Assembly: GCA_002633005.1 (NCBI GenBank)
Contig: NMRA01000122.1
Coordinates: 790,518 to 854,517, forward strand
DNA: 64,000 nt
Source of the DNA: Phoronis australis
Lineage: Eukaryota > Animalia > Phoronida
Reading direction: 5' to 3'
The translations under genes were made by a program, and so were the position numbers. The notes under the pieces are model-generated. The model saw only the letters and a list, made by a program, of their open reading frames with translations, searched no databases and was not told the DNA's origin. Below, piece by piece: positions 40,601-53,252 of the stretch (positions within the stretch are counted from its first letter, which is position 1; each line of letters opens with the position of its first letter).

Positions 40601-41165
40601 TGTAGTTGTCTGGTTTCGCAGTGGACGACAGGAATGTTAATTTGTACTAAAACACTAAAGATAAGCTGTGATTTTTAGTGAAGTTGCAAATTACATACTC
40701 TTATGATATGAATTGCCACTTGCAGGAATGTCCCAGAACATTATTGCTAGGCTTAATAAATCGTTCTGCACTTGTCACACTCAGAAGTGTTTGTGGCCCT
40801 ACATTTTGAAATGCTTTTTTCTACCTTTGCAAAAGAGGGTTGAATCCAGAAGTGTGTTTGAGATATCAGTACTCAGTTCTACCAGTCTCATGAGGGCTGG
40901 GCCCTATAGACGCAAGTCACTCGCGAGCAATTCTGGTGTTGTGATCATGTCTTTTTTCTTACGCATGCCGATATCTTTTGATCATGCCGTCTGGTGAGTG
41001 ATATGCATCTATATAACTCAGCCCTAGGCAAGTCATTTATCACCGAGTGGAGACGCCAATATTGTAGTTGTGATTGTTCTTTTTCAGCTGGATACATTCA
41101 CTGCCGTCTACAAAAAGCTCACTGGAAAAGATGTGTCCTTCGAATTCCCAGACTATGTCTTGTAA
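34629..41165 (+). CDS. RPS7: 40S ribosomal protein S7 (eS7), 6 coding exons, 193 aa
   Basis: Exons 34629-34703, 37455-37526, 38304-38444, 39021-39085, 39389-39539, 41088-41165; peptide [11 protein letters not shown]...[27 protein letters not shown]...[30 protein letters not shown]...[15 protein letters not shown]; AATAAA at 41183. Confidence 0.98.
34914..36513. mobile_element. TTAA-flanked non-autonomous element (Kolobok-like) spanning the assembly gap
   Basis: TTAA-GGTAGGTGGATACAC ... GTGTATACACCTACC-TTAA (15 bp TIR, 1 mismatch). Confidence 0.75.
35587..36115. other. Assembly gap (N run)
   Basis: Continuous Ns; overlapping X-filled ORFs are artefacts. Confidence 0.99.
36765..36860 (-). pseudogene. 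THAP-domain remnant (transposon-derived)
   Basis: [28 protein letters not shown] resembles THAP N-termini (CxAxNCxN...SFFRFPxD). Confidence 0.45.
38803..38931 (+). ncRNA. Box H/ACA snoRNA candidate in RPS7 intron; LSU rRNA guide (SNORA52/snR5-like target)
   Basis: Hairpin TTGTCCAC-cctaatc-CCAGATAG...TTGTCTGG-tttcgct-GTGGACAA, H box ACAATA (38861-38866), second hairpin, ACA at 38926-38928; pocket complementary to AGCGAA-UG-AUUAG of LSU rRNA; paralog at 40570. Confidence 0.8.
40570..40698 (+). ncRNA. Second box H/ACA snoRNA candidate in RPS7 last intron, same 5' pocket
   Basis: GTCCAC-cctaata-GCCAGATGAC...GTTGTCTGGT-ttcgca-GTGGAC, H box ACAGGA (40628-40633), hairpin AATTTGTA...TGCAAATT, ACA at 40693-40695. 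Confidence 0.8.
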
Positions 41166-42439
41166 ACTGCAAAAATACGTAAAATAAAAAATCTAAAAAT
41201 GCTTTAACCCCGTTTGTTCATTGTACACAGATGTCTCCACCAAGTATGACTTGAAGATTTCGTCTTACCATGGGAATAATACTTATGTATCCACATTCTA
41301 ACATGGTGGAAATACACACCAACTCCAATAGCCCCATCTCCAGTTGGCGTCATACCCATTATCAAAATCCTTGATATGCCACCTAGTAACCACTCAAAAG
41401 GTAGTCTTAGCAAGACACTACATTAAAAACTAATGTGTATGCATTCGTTCGTCTTCTGAAAAAATTGTGTGGGAATGAACTATTTTTCAATAGTGAAGCA
41501 TGATTTTAAAGATGAGGTAGGCACAAACCAGATTCGTTATTTATTAAAGTTATTGCACTTTCTGTGCACATGCATTGGGTCACTAAATATTTGTGGCTAT
41601 GATCCAAGTTTTCCAAAAGAACTGCTTACCAGTCCTGTACATGGGACTCTAAATTGCATCAAAATTAAGACCACAACACTGGTGAAAAAGTTTGAATGTA
41701 AAATTCAACATTTTTAAAATTTCCAAGTCGCATCTTTCCCCCAACACTTGCCATGTTGCATTGCGCATGCAAGCCACTGCTCTGCATCTAAAAACAAAAA
41801 TACCCCAACTGCCCAATTCATGAAAAGTGAATTTAAACCTTCCTTGAATGGATTTTTGGTTTGGTCTATCTATACGTTCCTAGTGATACTTAAGTTACAT
41901 AACAACTCGCTTTTATCGTCGCCCAAGTATGCAAATGTACCAAGCTGTCAACATCAGATACGGACTACCCTAAAGACGTAGATTTACTAAGTTGTCTTTA
42001 GAATGCATTGCTGGAGAACATGTCTGTAAAAGGTTGTCTATCATATAAGTGACTTATCAAATAAATTTGGGATGTTTGACCTTGATCCCAATCCTTAAAA
42101 AAGAACTTACCCGTGCTCCATGTGTAAAATTACTTGCCATGTCAAGTCAATTTATTGCGCATCGTCTCTCAACTGTTGTCAGTTTAACTGTTTTCCCCGA
42201 GAACAGAAATCACAAAAATGCATTGTTTAAGCCTGACCACCATAGTACCATATTCAACATTACATAATTTCTCTAGCAACCTTTCCATGGCACAAAAGAA
42301 AAAATCCAAAATGTACTTGCACATAAAAATAGTGACAAAAATCATCTCTTGCGACATGATTGGTTGAAACTTCCAAATTGGGCTGCTTCATAAGCAGACA
42401 ACTTGTCAGTTCATTTTTATGGCAGACATCAATTGTTAC

Positions 42440-45400
42440 TGTTTATGGTACTAGATCAGCTGTTCCTTTGCGCATGCGCAGTCGTCTTGTATTATCCATC
42501 TTAGCTAATAAACGGTGATCTTACTCACTCTCTGAAAGTCCCTGTTATACCCAACAATCGGCCGTGCGAAACCGATTGTTACATGGTGGCAGCAGTGGGA
42601 TTGGCCCAGGACCGGTTTGATGCAACCTGTTGGTGAGCTTTGAACTGAAACCTACCCAAACTAAGCGATTCTGATCTCATCTAGTTCGGGCTCCGTCACT
42701 GTGACTGTGCCTCGCATATTTTCCGATAGAGCTCGCTACCGGACACTATCGTTTACACAACGCTCTCGCATTTGACAATCATGTCGGACTCTGAAGAAAG
42801 CACACACTCACACAAACGGGCGATACATATTAAGCCTCCCAGCCCTGTTAAGCTGGCCACTGACCCTCAAGGGTAGTGGAAACTGTGGAAGCAAATATAT
42901 ACAAACTACTGCATAGTAACTGAACTTGACGACTCTCGTACGGAGGCGTACAAACGTGCATTTTTAATCTCAGTGATGGGCACAGAAGCACTCGAACTGT
43001 ACAACACGTGTGACCCTAAAGACACGGACACCGCCACTGACATTCTAAGAAAGCTTGATAACCGCATTCTCGGCAAGACCAATGAAACTTTTGAGCGGTA
43101 TTGTTTTAATGCAAGAAGTCAAAAATCGGGAGAGTCGGTAGATACTTACCTCGCTGAGCTAAAAAAACTTGCAAAAACGTGCAACTTCTGTGAATGTCTA
43201 CAGGATACTCTACTGCGCGACCGATTAGTCATTGGTGTGTTTGACTCGAAAACCAGAAAACGCTTGTTACAGGAACCGAATCTAACACTCGAGCTCTGTG
43301 TTGACATTTGCAAATCTTATGAAACTACGGACACTCAACTACGACAGATTTCTGGAACCACTGAGGTGAATAAAGTGTCCCGAAAGAATTGCAAACGGCC
43401 TCAACAACGTCAACACGCAGAAAAGAAGTGCAAATTCTGCACAAAGACTCATGTACTCAAAAAAGAGCTGTGTCCTGCATACGGCAAATCATGTAAAATC
43501 TGCCATCAGAAAAACCATTTTGCAGGCTCAGAGATGTGCAACAGTACCCAGACTGACCTCTCTCCCAAAAAGGGGCGCGTACACACTGTTCATGATGGAA
43601 GTGATAGTTCAGATGGTGAACTAATAAATGCTGTTAATACGTACAACCGAACTGATAAACCACTCTACTGTGAGATGTTGGTAGAAGGGCAACCAGTTAC
43701 ATTCCAAGTGGATGATGGGGCAACTGTATGCACTATACCCCACAAACTAGTCCCCCAGGCCCTACAAAGCCAGATAAAACTTCCATCAACGTCACTTCTC
43801 ATGTGGGACAAGTCGAAGTTCCAACCAATAGGGGAGGTGATACTGAAAGTGAGAAATCCTAAAAACAACAAAAAGTATAGAGTAAATTTCGTCACTTTCA
43901 ACAACAACCTCACACCACTTCTTGGACGACCTGTGGTTGAGAAGATGGGATTGGTAACAGTCAACTATGACGACTTCAAACAAGTGAACATTGTACAAGA
44001 TGAGTCGAATGTTTTCCAACACGAAGCATTCTCTGACGGACTCGGAAAGTTACCTGGCAAAGTCCACTTCGAGACGCGACCCGATGTAAAGCCAGTAATC
44101 TGTCCACCACGCAAACTACCTGTGTCACTGAAAGAAAAGGTACGTGCCGAACTAAACAGATTGATGCAACTTGGAGTCATCACTGAGGTAGACGAACCAT
44201 CTGACTGGGTCAGTCAGATGGCCGTCAGTGTCAAACGCTCGGGTGAACTACGCATATGCATCGATCCACGACCACTCAATGCTGCCCTCAAGCGGGAACA
44301 TTTCCAGTTACCAGTCATGGATGATCTTTTACCAAACCTTGTGAAGGCCAAAGTTTTCTCAAAACTGGACCTCACAAGTGGGTACTGGCATTGCGTTCTT
44401 GACGAGGCATCAAGCAAATTAACTACATTTGTCACCCCCTACGGTCGTTATCGATGGCTGAGACTACCTTTTGGCACTTCGGTCAGTTCTGAAATCTTCC
44501 AAAAGCGCCTGCTGTTAGCTGTGAACGGTCTGGACGGTGTTTTTTGCGTGGCTGACGACGTCGTCGTCTATGGTGTGGGTGACGATCTACAACAGGCTCA
44601 TGCCGACCATGACTCAAAGTTAGAGTCCTTTCTCAAACGGTGCAGCGACCAGGGCATCCGCCTAAACAAGAAGAAATGTGAGATTCGTAAAGCAGAGATA
44701 GCTTTTCTGGGTCATCGCCTCACATCAGATGGATTACAGATTGACCCTGACAAGTGTGCTGCAATTCTTGATCTACAGCCACCTACCAATGTTGAGGAGG
44801 TGCAACGTCTCAATGGCATGGTAAACTATCTTGCTAAGTTTCTGCCACGATTATCTGATATAATGGAACCTATTCGTCAACTCACACGACAAGATGTCCC
44901 ATGGCACTGGTCACACGTTCAAGATGAAGCTCTACAAGAAGTGAAGCACCTGATTACATCCGCACCCATCCTCAGCTACTACAACCCCCAAGAAGAACTG
45001 GTCATCCAGTGTGATGCTTCGGACAAAGGTCTTGGTGCTACCCTACTTCAGAAAGGCAAGCCTATCGCTTTTGCCAGTCGTGCATTGACGGATACAGAAA
45101 CCAGATATGCACAAATAGAGAAAGAAACCCTAAGTGTTGTGTTCGCGCTGAACAAGTTTCGTGAGTACACGTTCGGACGACACACAATAGTACACTCTGA
45201 TCACAAGCCTCTTGAGGCTATTGTCAGAAAACCTTTACACAAAGCACCTCGCCGCTTGCAAGGGATGTTGCTGAGCATTCTAGAATATGACATAGACATT
45301 GTGTGGAAACCCGGTAAGGAAATGCTCATCGCTGACATGTTGTCACGGGCATATCTCCCTTACCACTCCAGTGATGGTGTCCAATTCACTCACATCAACA

Positions 45401-47017
45401 TGGTTGGATGCTTATCCATCACCACCAAACGTCTAGAAACCATAAAAATCGAAACGGACCGTGACGACGTACTCCAGAAACTCAAAGAAGTCATACTTCG
45501 AGGTTGGCCGGATGACAAGAAGTCCCTACCGATTATACTTTACCCCTACTACCACTTCCGAGATGAACTAAGTGTTCAGAATGGTATGCTTTTTAAGGGT
45601 GAACGAGTCATCATCCCAGCCGCCCTTCGTCAAACTATGAAAGAGTCAATACACAAGTCTCACTTGGGTGTTGAAAGCTGTCTGCGACGTGCTCGAGAGT
45701 GTTTGTACTAGCCCGGAATGACCGCAGATATCAAGGCACACATATCCACCTGTGAGGCCTGTCGAACATTTGAGAATAAACAGCAAAAGGAGACTTTGAT
45801 GTCGCATGAGCTGCCAGACAGGCCATGGAGCAAGGTTGGCTGCGATTTATTCACTTTTAGCAACAACGAATACGTCATTATCGTCGACTACTTCAGCAAC
45901 TACTGGGAGGTCGACAAGTTAGGCAAACAAGTGACATCACAGCAGGTGATTGGCAAACTAAAAGCACAATTTGCTCGACACGGCATACCCGAAACAGTTA
46001 TTACTGATGGTGGTCCTCAGTTTGTCTCCAACGATTTCCATGATTTCTCCACCACTTGGGATTTCGAGCACATTGTTACGAGTCCTCATCACAGTCAATC
46101 CAATGGGAAGGCAGAATCAGCTGTCAAATCAGCCAAATCAGTCCTCAAGAAGTGCAGTAGCGATGGCAGCGATCCCTTGCTTGCCATACTTGAGCTCCGT
46201 AACACCCCAAATCAGGGTATGAATTCGAGCCCTGCTCAACGCATGTTTAACCGACGCACACGATCGACCATACCCATGCACACGGCGCTCCTACAACCAA
46301 GATCCATTGCTCCTTCTCACGACATGAAGAACTTAAAAGCTGCCCAAGAGCGACAGGCGAAATACTACAACCGCCATGCGAAAGATCTTCCGCCCTTGGA
46401 TGAAGGAGACATAGTACGACTGCAACCATTCAAGCTTGGCGACAAGGAATGGAAGGAAGCCACCGTGGAAAAGCGCCTTGATGAACGATCTTATAGAGTA
46501 TCTACGCCAGATGGTCAAGTGTACCGTAGGAATCGTGTCTACTTGCGCAAAACCCCAGAAAGCACCAATACTAACGATACGGACATTTCAACTAGAAAAC
46601 CGATTACAAACGAAGGTGATTACTCAATACGCAATGAAACCAATCATGATACCAAGTTTGCCTCTCAGACCACCTCTACAACTGGAACGTACATAACACG
46701 CTCAGGACGTAGCGTAAAACCACCTAAGCGGTTTGATTGTTGAATAAGAACTAATTAGGACATGGACTGAACAATTATTGGTTTAACATGTAGCTTAAGT
46801 TTTACTCTAAAAACATTAGATCTAAGTATATCGCTTTAATTTAGTTTATATCAAGCTCTCAAAAGACGGGGGATGTTTATGGTACTAGATCAGCTGTTCC
46901 TTTGCGCATGCGCAGTCGTCTTGTATTATCCATCTTAGCTAATAAACGTTGATCTTACTCACTCTCTGAAAGTCCCTGTTATACCCAACAATCGGCCGTG
47001 CGAAACCGATTGTTACA
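42440..47017 (+). mobile_element. Full-length Ty3/Gypsy LTR retrotransposon (Mag-like)
   Basis: 144 bp LTRs 42440-42583 and 46874-47017 (TG...CA, one mismatch seen), 5 bp TSD GTTAC, PBS TGGTGGCAGCAGTGGGAT (complement of a tRNA-Leu 3' end) at 42584, polypurine tract 46861-46873, domain order gag-PR-RT-RH-IN. Confidence 0.97.
42781..46743 (+). pseudogene. Gag-Pol polyprotein frame with two in-frame TAG stops
   Basis: Single frame from ATG 42781; stops at 42874-42876 and 45709-45711 (Y*PGM for YWPGM); Zn knuckle CPAYGKSCKICHQKNHF, protease VDDGA, RT LPFG/VADD, RNase H CDAS..E..SDHKPL, integrase HHCC and D-D-E. Confidence 0.92.
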
Positions 47018-47432
47018 GTTACCACCACAAGTAAAATTCAGTGCATTTTAAGAGTTAATCGGCAAATTTTATGATTTTCAGTTTTTGGGAGGAATTGCCC
47101 TATTCTTATAAATAGTAAAACCATTTTTTCTGTTTATAATATTATCACGCTTGACAGTAGTGATTTGACTAGAACAGGAGATATGGAAAATGTCTAAGAT
47201 GGTGACTCATCTGTCAGTGGAGTGGCGTAAAGAACTGATGCTTCGTAATGTATTTTATTTTGAATAATTTATAAAGGAAGTTTTTTTAACGTGATAACTT
47301 GCTAAAAACATCCAATAATGGTTATCAATTGCTGAAAAAGTGAATTTGTCAAGAACATCAATTCTCTGACTTTCATTGACTCTTTGTTATCACAACAGAT
47401 GGCAACCACAACGGTTTGATGATACACCACAC

Positions 47433-50400
47433 CTATTTTTCCTGTCTTGTAGCATTGGAAAGTTCTTGAGGGAGGGATACATTCTCATTTGATTCTTCCC
47501 AACACTTAGCTGCCTCATTAACCCCTGCTGACTCACACTGTTCCTCTTCAAAGTGCACATGTCTGCCTGAAGCATTTTCACCTTCAAAAATCTCTCCAAA
47601 TTCAGCAAAACTGTCTCTGCTTGGCACACTGGAAACATTATCAGTTCGTGAACTTTCTCCTGCTGGTTGCATGCTCCCTGCTGGAGTTTGAGCTAATGAT
47701 TTTGAGCCTTGTCTTTTTCCCAGTAATTTGATGTAGTTAGCAGGAATGATCCCAGTCTTCTTTCCGTCAACACAGGCTAACAGCCAGCCACGCATTCTAG
47801 GCTGTAAATCTGAAAGAAAGAACAGTGTTACACATTTTATAACATCTGGCCGAGACTCAGAGCCCCAAGACATCCTTTGTTCAGTCAAGTTCAAATTGCT
47901 GTGAAGGTGGAATTTCAGGCACCCCCAACAGTTGTCCATTATTGGACACCTCATCGAAATCCTTGATTTTTGCTTGCATATCTTTGTAATAGAACTTATT
48001 CAAGTAAACAGTCACGAATTGGTGTAGCCATACATCTGTTGATTGACAGCCAACCAACGACAGTCAACACACCCACATGAATAAATTACATATGCCTAAC
48101 CAAGAGCATTTCAAAGAAGTGAAAAGATCCATTAGTGCCATGTAGTAGTTGTTTTCATTCTACTTCTTTTAAAATATAACTTCCTGCTGCATGTGTCTAT
48201 TCAGATCAACAGCAGTTCCACTCCTTACTATGTTCGCAGCTATCTGAAATATAATGGTTTACAACACAGCCTAAACCCAGAGGCAAATCCCAACTTATTC
48301 ATTGATACATAATCCGAGTAGCATATCAGCAGCTGTGGACAATAGTTCAGTGAGAAAAATGATTTAAACACCTTAAATCCCTGACAAACAATAAATTGCT
48401 AAAACGTGGCACTAGTAATAACTGTCTGTCAGCTAAACTGCATTTATAATTAATTAGTGATACAAAGACTGTGTGGGCAATCACACTACAATTATCTGCC
48501 ACAGCAGCATTTATTCAACACGCTCATCTTTTATTGTCCCACTTTCATGGTAACTTCGAGTCACGACTGTGATATCCAGTACTTTTGTTAGGAAGGGGAC
48601 AATACAGTTAAATTTCAAAGCATGCGCACAGGTACTTCATGGCCAGCCAGAGATGATTTAAGAAAGCGCAAGAAAACGTTCAGAGCACTTCTGTCTTCAT
48701 GTCTAACAGTCTTTAAAACTTCTTACCTTTTGGAGCAATTCTGATCTTCTGACCTGCTCTGAATGACAGTTCATCCTCTGATTCACCGTCAAAATCATAC
48801 TCTGCTAAAGCTACAAAATGATCATCTTCACCACTCGCCCAATTTCGATCTGAAAAGAAAATGACAAAACAATGAATACAGTCATCAATACAATGGCAGA
48901 ACACCTGGGTTGTTTGACTTTATTTTGAAGGGTGGTTTTAAAGCAGCTGTAATAAGAGAACTTTTGATATAGACCACTTACCACTATAAAATTGGTATCA
49001 CCATGTTCCTTACTTAGGTGAGAAATTATTTTTTTAGTCTCGCAAAGAGGTGACAGTTCTTTATATGCTTTGGGACCATGCCCTCGCCCAGAGCATAAAA
49101 CGACCCCGAGAAAAGCCAAATTGTAGTACATACTAGTCTCAAGTAACATCAAACTATCAGTTCTTTCAAAGCTCTGAAACCAACTTTAAATTTGACTCGG
49201 GAACAAGTTGAGACCAATTTCATAAGGGTGACTGGTTAAACTAAAAATTATAGCTCTTGTGAGGGAAGGTTTGCTTATGACTACTTAAAGTCTCCTGCAT
49301 ACTGTGGTTACAACAACCAGTCACATGCATAGTACAAACAGAATCAAGATTAACTGTTTGATGTACTTCGAGTATACCACAAGTAACTTCTCAGATTTAC
49401 AAGAAGTTGAATGAATCTGAATTGGCCATGAGCAGATGTTCTTGAAAATCAAAATTTTACGTCACGATCAAACATATAATTGATATATGATATGTGTCTA
49501 CAAACATTTTATAACATCACAGAAAACGTTTTTTTTTTAAAGAAACCTGTTGTCTGCAACATAAAGAACACCGAGATTGGAAATAGGCCAATTCACAATC
49601 CACATGCAGTATACCCAAATAGGCAGTAGGTGTTATTAATTAATAAGAGTTCATTGCATCATTTACATTATAGAAAATCAGATGATTGCAATTGGATGCT
49701 TTCCAGTGTGAAAGCATTTCTCAAATCGCTTAAATGAGAACAACGTGACATTCAAAACGAACAAATAAGTTGAATCAAATCAACTCATTGTCCTTTGGTA
49801 GTCACCAAAACAACCTGTACTCTATGATCTAAGTAGTCTAAGTCTGTAATGGTACTACAGTTTGAAACGAACCTTCTCTTGGAGTGATGGAGGATAACAT
49901 CTTCCAGATTAAATACGGTCCACCAAAGACAACAGCCAAAAATAGAAGAATGGGCCAGCTACTTTTTGTCTTCTTCGGTTCAGACAGACTGCTTTCACTG
50001 ACAGTATCCATTGCACTCAGCCATGTGTCCTCCTCTAATCCAGCGTCTCTCAGTCTTAACAACACCAGCAACTTCCTGTACAAATAGCGTAAAGTTTTCA
50101 CAATGGCCAGTGCTGAAAACACCTGCGTAAAATGTGCTCTCAAGTTTGAAAAATTGTCTGCTACGCCCAACACAGCGCGGAATGAGTTATACACGGCACC
50201 GTACGTCGACTCCAGCATCATGGCTACTGAACCGAATGCCTGCACAATACTCTCAATAGACTGGAACGCTGGTCTGGAGCTTTCCTCTGCCAGTCTAGCG
50301 AAGCTGTTTGTTGGCACTCCATCGTATCCACCACCAAACCGGTTCATGCCACCATACATACCAGAACCATATAAACTGCTGCCATACATTCCTGTACCAT

Positions 50401-53252
50401 AACCACCATAACCACCTAATGAGCCGTATCCGTAACCACCATATCCACCACTGTACACAGATGGCAGTCTAGAGTTGACAGATGTCCTTGAAGGCCGCGG
50501 TGGTGGACCTGGAGGCTGCTTGGTAAAACTGTGACCAGGGGGAAGAGATGGACTGTAATGATAAGAAATTATGTTCAACAAACTTTTTGGTTTCCAACTA
50601 ACTTTGTTAATAATGAATTGCCTCCATTAGCGAGTCAACAAAGTCTAAAACCTTGCCTATAATTACATGTAAAACATCACTTGAGGACACTAAAGGCATT
50701 CACAGGCAATGGCCTTTGAAATGGGAATGCTCAACTGATTTACCTTTTGATTGATACAATAAAGTATACTAAATAATATGTATGGAAACAGTTCCCCTTG
50801 ACTAATAGAGTAGACATAAATACCCGGCCAAACTGTAATTACCGGTAACTCCCTTCCATTTTTTTTTGCGTTAAATATGCAAATTATGGGTCACCGGACA
50901 ACAAATAATCAGAATTGATTTAAGTTCATAATATATTTTAAGTATTTTAACATCAGCAAACCAAATTTCTGGGCAAAATTTTCTTCAGAAAAACTGCCAT
51001 AAACTTCCGAAAGATGTCTCAAAATATTTAGCAAATGGTGCGTGCGAGTGTGACAAGCGTACCATTTTCAAGCAGACAACTGACAAAAGTAGGAGAATAA
51101 CACACAACAATGACGTTCAATAGATTGTTTTTCAATTAAACAGCTGTAACAGGCAAGGTGAGTGTCGGCTGACTCATAGATTTCGCATGCACCCCTGCCA
51201 GTCGTTAGCTTGACATGTTAATTGTCTTCATACAGCTAGCTGGCAAATCCAACCAAAGCCAGCCAGCTAGCTAGCTGACTGGCTTTGGTTGGATTTGCCA
51301 GCTAGCTGTATGAAGGCTAATGTCAGAATATAGTTAGGAACCACCAATTGGTCTCGAAATTTCACACTATCCGTGTACTTCTAAAAGCACTAGTCAAGTG
51401 ACATGAACACACATCATTTGCAACGAATGCAGCTGAGCAGCAGCAAAATTTGCTCTGAAATTCGGTTTACTGGTATCAACATTCTAAAAACATATCGAAG
51501 TGACACCAGCTTCGATGATTTGTTGTGACATGTACATGCACGTACCCAGCCTAAAATATAGGTTGGCTCGAATTTTTTGGTATGTGGACCTTTTACTGAA
51601 ACAAATCAACAGTGACTAAAAAAACCGGGGCCATTATGTTCAAGCCTACGAATTGTGCATCCGCGCCGAATCCCTGTAGACTTTTCTCACTATCACTCGC
51701 ATTTTTTGTTTCACTGAGGCGGACCTTTTTACCCAATTCGCCAAATTGGGGGGCTCGTTCGTGCTGCCCGAGCCCCCCTGGGTGCACCTATGATGTATGC
51801 AACCTTGCCGATGACTCCGACCAACATATCACTCAAACTGTCTCCAAATGGTGTTTTAAAGTAAAATACCCGATAAAATTCCCCACTGATAGTGGGCACC
51901 TATGCCCCCCGAATCTCCCGGAAAATAACTCAGACTGTCACACATCTAGTCACCCGGCAACTCAATGACATTCCGCCTTTGGCCCTACGGAGACAATTCT
52001 CGCACGTTTTAATAGTAGATGTGATCAGCAAGTGCTAAATAAAATGCGTTCTCGTGATACTGCTTGTGTTATTTCTTTAGTTACAATGCACACCTCCGGC
52101 AAATGAACGCTGATGAAACGCAGGCACTCGTTCACTCACAGACGCAGACGATCTTCAAAACAAAGGTCACGTGACAACGACATGTGTTCGTCTATGGTCC
52201 AGAGATTTTTCTTGCACAGATTTGAATCTATCTTGTTCATAATACTGACTCCACAGGAACTTAAAATCTTAGAGACGTTATTTGGAAAACTTAAGTGAGG
52301 ATTTCAGGTAATTTGTGGAGTCGAAACTATATTTTTATTCAAACTGCCCTGTCAACGATCGCGAGGTGGCGGCCCATTGGCGAGTTTTCGCCCTGGGATT
52401 TCAGAACAATTTTCTGTAGAATGATCTTAATTCAACAATGAAGTTTGATAGCAATGCGCCAGTTTTGTTGAAACAAGGCTTGGAATGACCAATGACAAAA
52501 AACGCGGAAACTTTGAAACATTTACGGCCCAAATCATGNGAATCCTACCTTCCGATTTCACCCATTTCGGAGACTGGGTATCAACCGCCTTGGGTTACAA
52601 TGAATACGCTCCTCCCCCCCGAAATGAATTTTACTAAGCGCCCCAAGCACCTTATTACGGCGAATACGGTACTGTTTCACTGCCTCTTAGTAAAGTGAAA
52701 TATGTTTACTGTTGGTAAAATCAGGCTCTGATTAGATGCTGATTGTTGAAGCACCAAGTCAGCCAAGGTTTTAAACCTAGTGTGGAAATTTTTAAACTTG
52801 ACACGCTTTCCCCAAACTAGACGCGCCAAAATCCAAACTCATTACCGAATCAAAACAGATCGTGGAGAACACTGCAAATGTGTCCATCTACACTTGAAAG
52901 GTACATATAGTAACCTAACTTTGGTAGTTTGGTCAGGGTTAAGCATAATTCGCGGAAAATCTTCCGGCGTACAGGTTACATTAGATAGTGTGTCATTGTG
53001 TGTCGTCGCCAAATCAGACCAATCTCAATGACTCAATGCCAATGCAGTGCGTTCTGGAATTTCCGCATTGCTTAAGCATAGATAGCACACAACGTAATGT
53101 CCAGAAATCACTACAAAGCTCAGATAGCGCTACTAATCGGGTTACGTTACTGTACGCTTTCATGATACATACTTGGGAGCTAAAGACGGGGAGTTAACAC
53201 GTAAATTATTGCTGAGCTTGGCTTTCTCCCAGGGTTTCAGAGGCGCAGCCAT
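47433..53252 (-). CDS. PEX13: Peroxisomal membrane protein PEX13 (peroxin-13), 4 exons, about 419 aa
   Basis: Exons 53173-53252, 49873-50552, 48727-48849, 47433-47809, GT-AG and in phase; N-terminal KPWE, YG-rich region, AEESSRPAFQSIESIVQAFGSVAMMLEST, TM WPILLF..GGPYLIWK, SH3 ALAEYDF..ELSF...GWLLA..GIIPANYIK. Confidence 0.96.
51226..51315. repeat. 90 bp near-perfect palindrome in PEX13 intron 1
   Basis: CTTCATACAGCTAGCTGGCAAATCCAACCAAAGCCAG... mirrored with a single mismatch. Confidence 0.9.
51535..51793. mobile_element. MITE (same family as 30169-30387)
   Basis: CATGCACGTACCCAGCCTAAAAT ... CCCCCCTGGGTGCACCTATG; flanked by a possible ATGTA duplication. Confidence 0.7.
52080..52669. mobile_element. 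Partial copy of the Tc2/pogo-type element at 17505-18985
   Basis: Shares TCCACAGGAACTTAAAATCTTAG, GAGGATTTCAGGTAATTTG and the right TIR TTATTACGGCGAATACGG-TA. Confidence 0.75.

Noticed and set aside
31335-41087. U17/SNORA73 copies as in fish and frog RPS7 introns
   Set aside because: No correctly ordered AUAUUCC(U/A) plus AAACCA motif pair within a 3' hairpin was found by eye.
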